From NCBI GenBank assembly GCA_027023105.1, contig JALVWY010000026.1:1-61229 (forward strand): DNA of 61,229 bases, in the 5' to 3' direction. The notes under the pieces were generated by a model. That model made no database searches. It saw nothing but the letters and a program-made list of their open reading frames with translations, and was not told the origin of the DNA. A program made the translations under genes and the position numbers. Shown piece by piece: positions 60,650 to 61,229 of this stretch; the stretch's first letter is position 1, and each line of letters begins with the position of its first letter. Origin of the DNA: Campylobacterales bacterium (GTDB lineage Bacteria > Campylobacterota > Campylobacteria > Campylobacterales > Nautiliaceae).

Positions 60650-61229
60650 AAATGATTAACCCTTTTTTTATCTTTTAATACAAACTTACTCAAAAATTTA
60701 CAATATTCACTGTAGCATACATTATATTTTTCTTCTATTTTATGTCTGTTTTCAAACTGAAGTCTCAAATAATCGTTTTTTTTATACCTGTAAAATAAAA
60801 CTCCACTGTAAAAAAATCTGTTTTTATTCAAAAATTCAACAATATTATCAATTTCTTTTGTCTGAAAATTAATATCGGCATAAATCATATCGGAAGATGA
60901 TTTCAATTTAGAAAAGAGCAAAGCAAACCTTTTTTCAAAATTTTGAACTTTACCTTCTATTATAACACCGCCTATTTTTAAAAGTCTGTTTTTCCATAGT
61001 TTTATTACAGGTTTTAGTGTGAAAAAGGATGAAACATAATAGCCTCTCCGTATATTGCATAAAGCCCCAGGTCTTTGGCTTTTTGTATCAGATAATCAAA
61101 CATTTATCATCGTTTATAAGCTCCGGATTTCCAAAATCATATTTAAATTTATATCTAGCCCCCATACTTGAACAAATCTCACTTATTACATCTTCCATCA
61201 TCTCTTTTATATTTTGTCTTACTCTGTCA
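60646..61229 (-). pseudogene. decayed two-domain GNAT-family acetyltransferase gene (three reading frames, runs off the right edge)
   Basis: Minus strand reads in three frames. Frame 1: ...MMEDVISEICSSMGARYKFKYDFGNPELINDDKCLII*, TGA at 61088-61090. Frame 2: MFDYLIQKAKDLGLYAIYGEAIMFHPFSH*, 61103..61014. Frame 3 is open from 61095 to 60646 and ends ...DMIYADINF...FLNKNRFFYSGVLF...DYLRLQFEN.... Only the last 91 codons have a start (TTG 60921). Confidence 0.4.

Noticed and set aside
61088-61228. First impression that ...RVRQNIKEMMEDVISEI...GARYKFKYDFGNPELINDD is the C-terminal region of an M20 amidohydrolase (hippurate-hydrolase-like)
   Set aside because: The ORF stops about 70 residues too early for an M20D enzyme. 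The following frames read as GNAT-family sequence, so the YG..Y....PE.L N-terminal GNAT interpretation fits the whole locus better. It remains unverified without a search.

Overview
This is a strongly AT-rich, almost fully coding 61.2-kb chromosomal segment. Its gene content and gene order match a Campylobacterota (epsilonproteobacterial) genome. The oxygen-sensitive carbon-metabolism genes suggest an anaerobic or thermophilic Nautiliales-like lineage, but that is inference only. I can support about 62 protein genes, most on the minus strand, one tRNA-Lys(CTT), several sigma70-type promoters and two hairpin terminators. I see no rRNA, CRISPR array, IS/transposase, integrase, phage gene or recognisable defence, toxin-antitoxin or secondary-metabolite cluster.

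Gene blocks, left to right:
- argB, queC, ybeY, tRNA-Lys, purL, a LapB-like protein, dnaG.
- A long co-directional envelope cluster: tatD, an MltD-like transglycosylase, rlpA, hisB, kdsC, lptC, lptA, engB, a GNAT, a membrane protein, PBP2.
- Malic enzyme, mogA, rpiB, pdxJ.
- rppH, lysC, hobA, holB, folP, a thiF-like gene.
- hemW, flgH, trpC, kdsB, pdxA.
- A ten-gene TCA block: icd, mdh, fumarase AB, sucCD, then oorDABC.
- mltG, a giant YhdP/AsmA-like protein, cbpA-hspR.
- PMM/PGM, a Nudix hydrolase, a Mur-like protein, metG, fbp, mobB, a Cache-GGDEF-EAL protein.
- ligA, clpS, clpA, aat.

I did not find a self-contained accessory island or a convincing novel multi-gene system; the window reads as core chromosome. 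The observations most worth checking are:
- An in-frame TAG splits flgH between its lipoprotein signal peptide and its mature domain.
- mltG and the 958-aa YhdP-like gene overlap head-to-head by 74 nt, and both N-terminal TM helices are encoded by the same DNA.
- A decayed, frameshifted and internally deleted two-domain GNAT gene lies at the right edge.
- A Mur-ligase-like protein lacks its P-loop.
- A tandem ferritin-like protein has partly lost its metal ligands.
- A HAIR-like HspR operator lies on top of a consensus cbpA promoter.
- dnaG may be leaderless.

All functional calls come from reading the translations and from remembered family motifs. No database search was possible.
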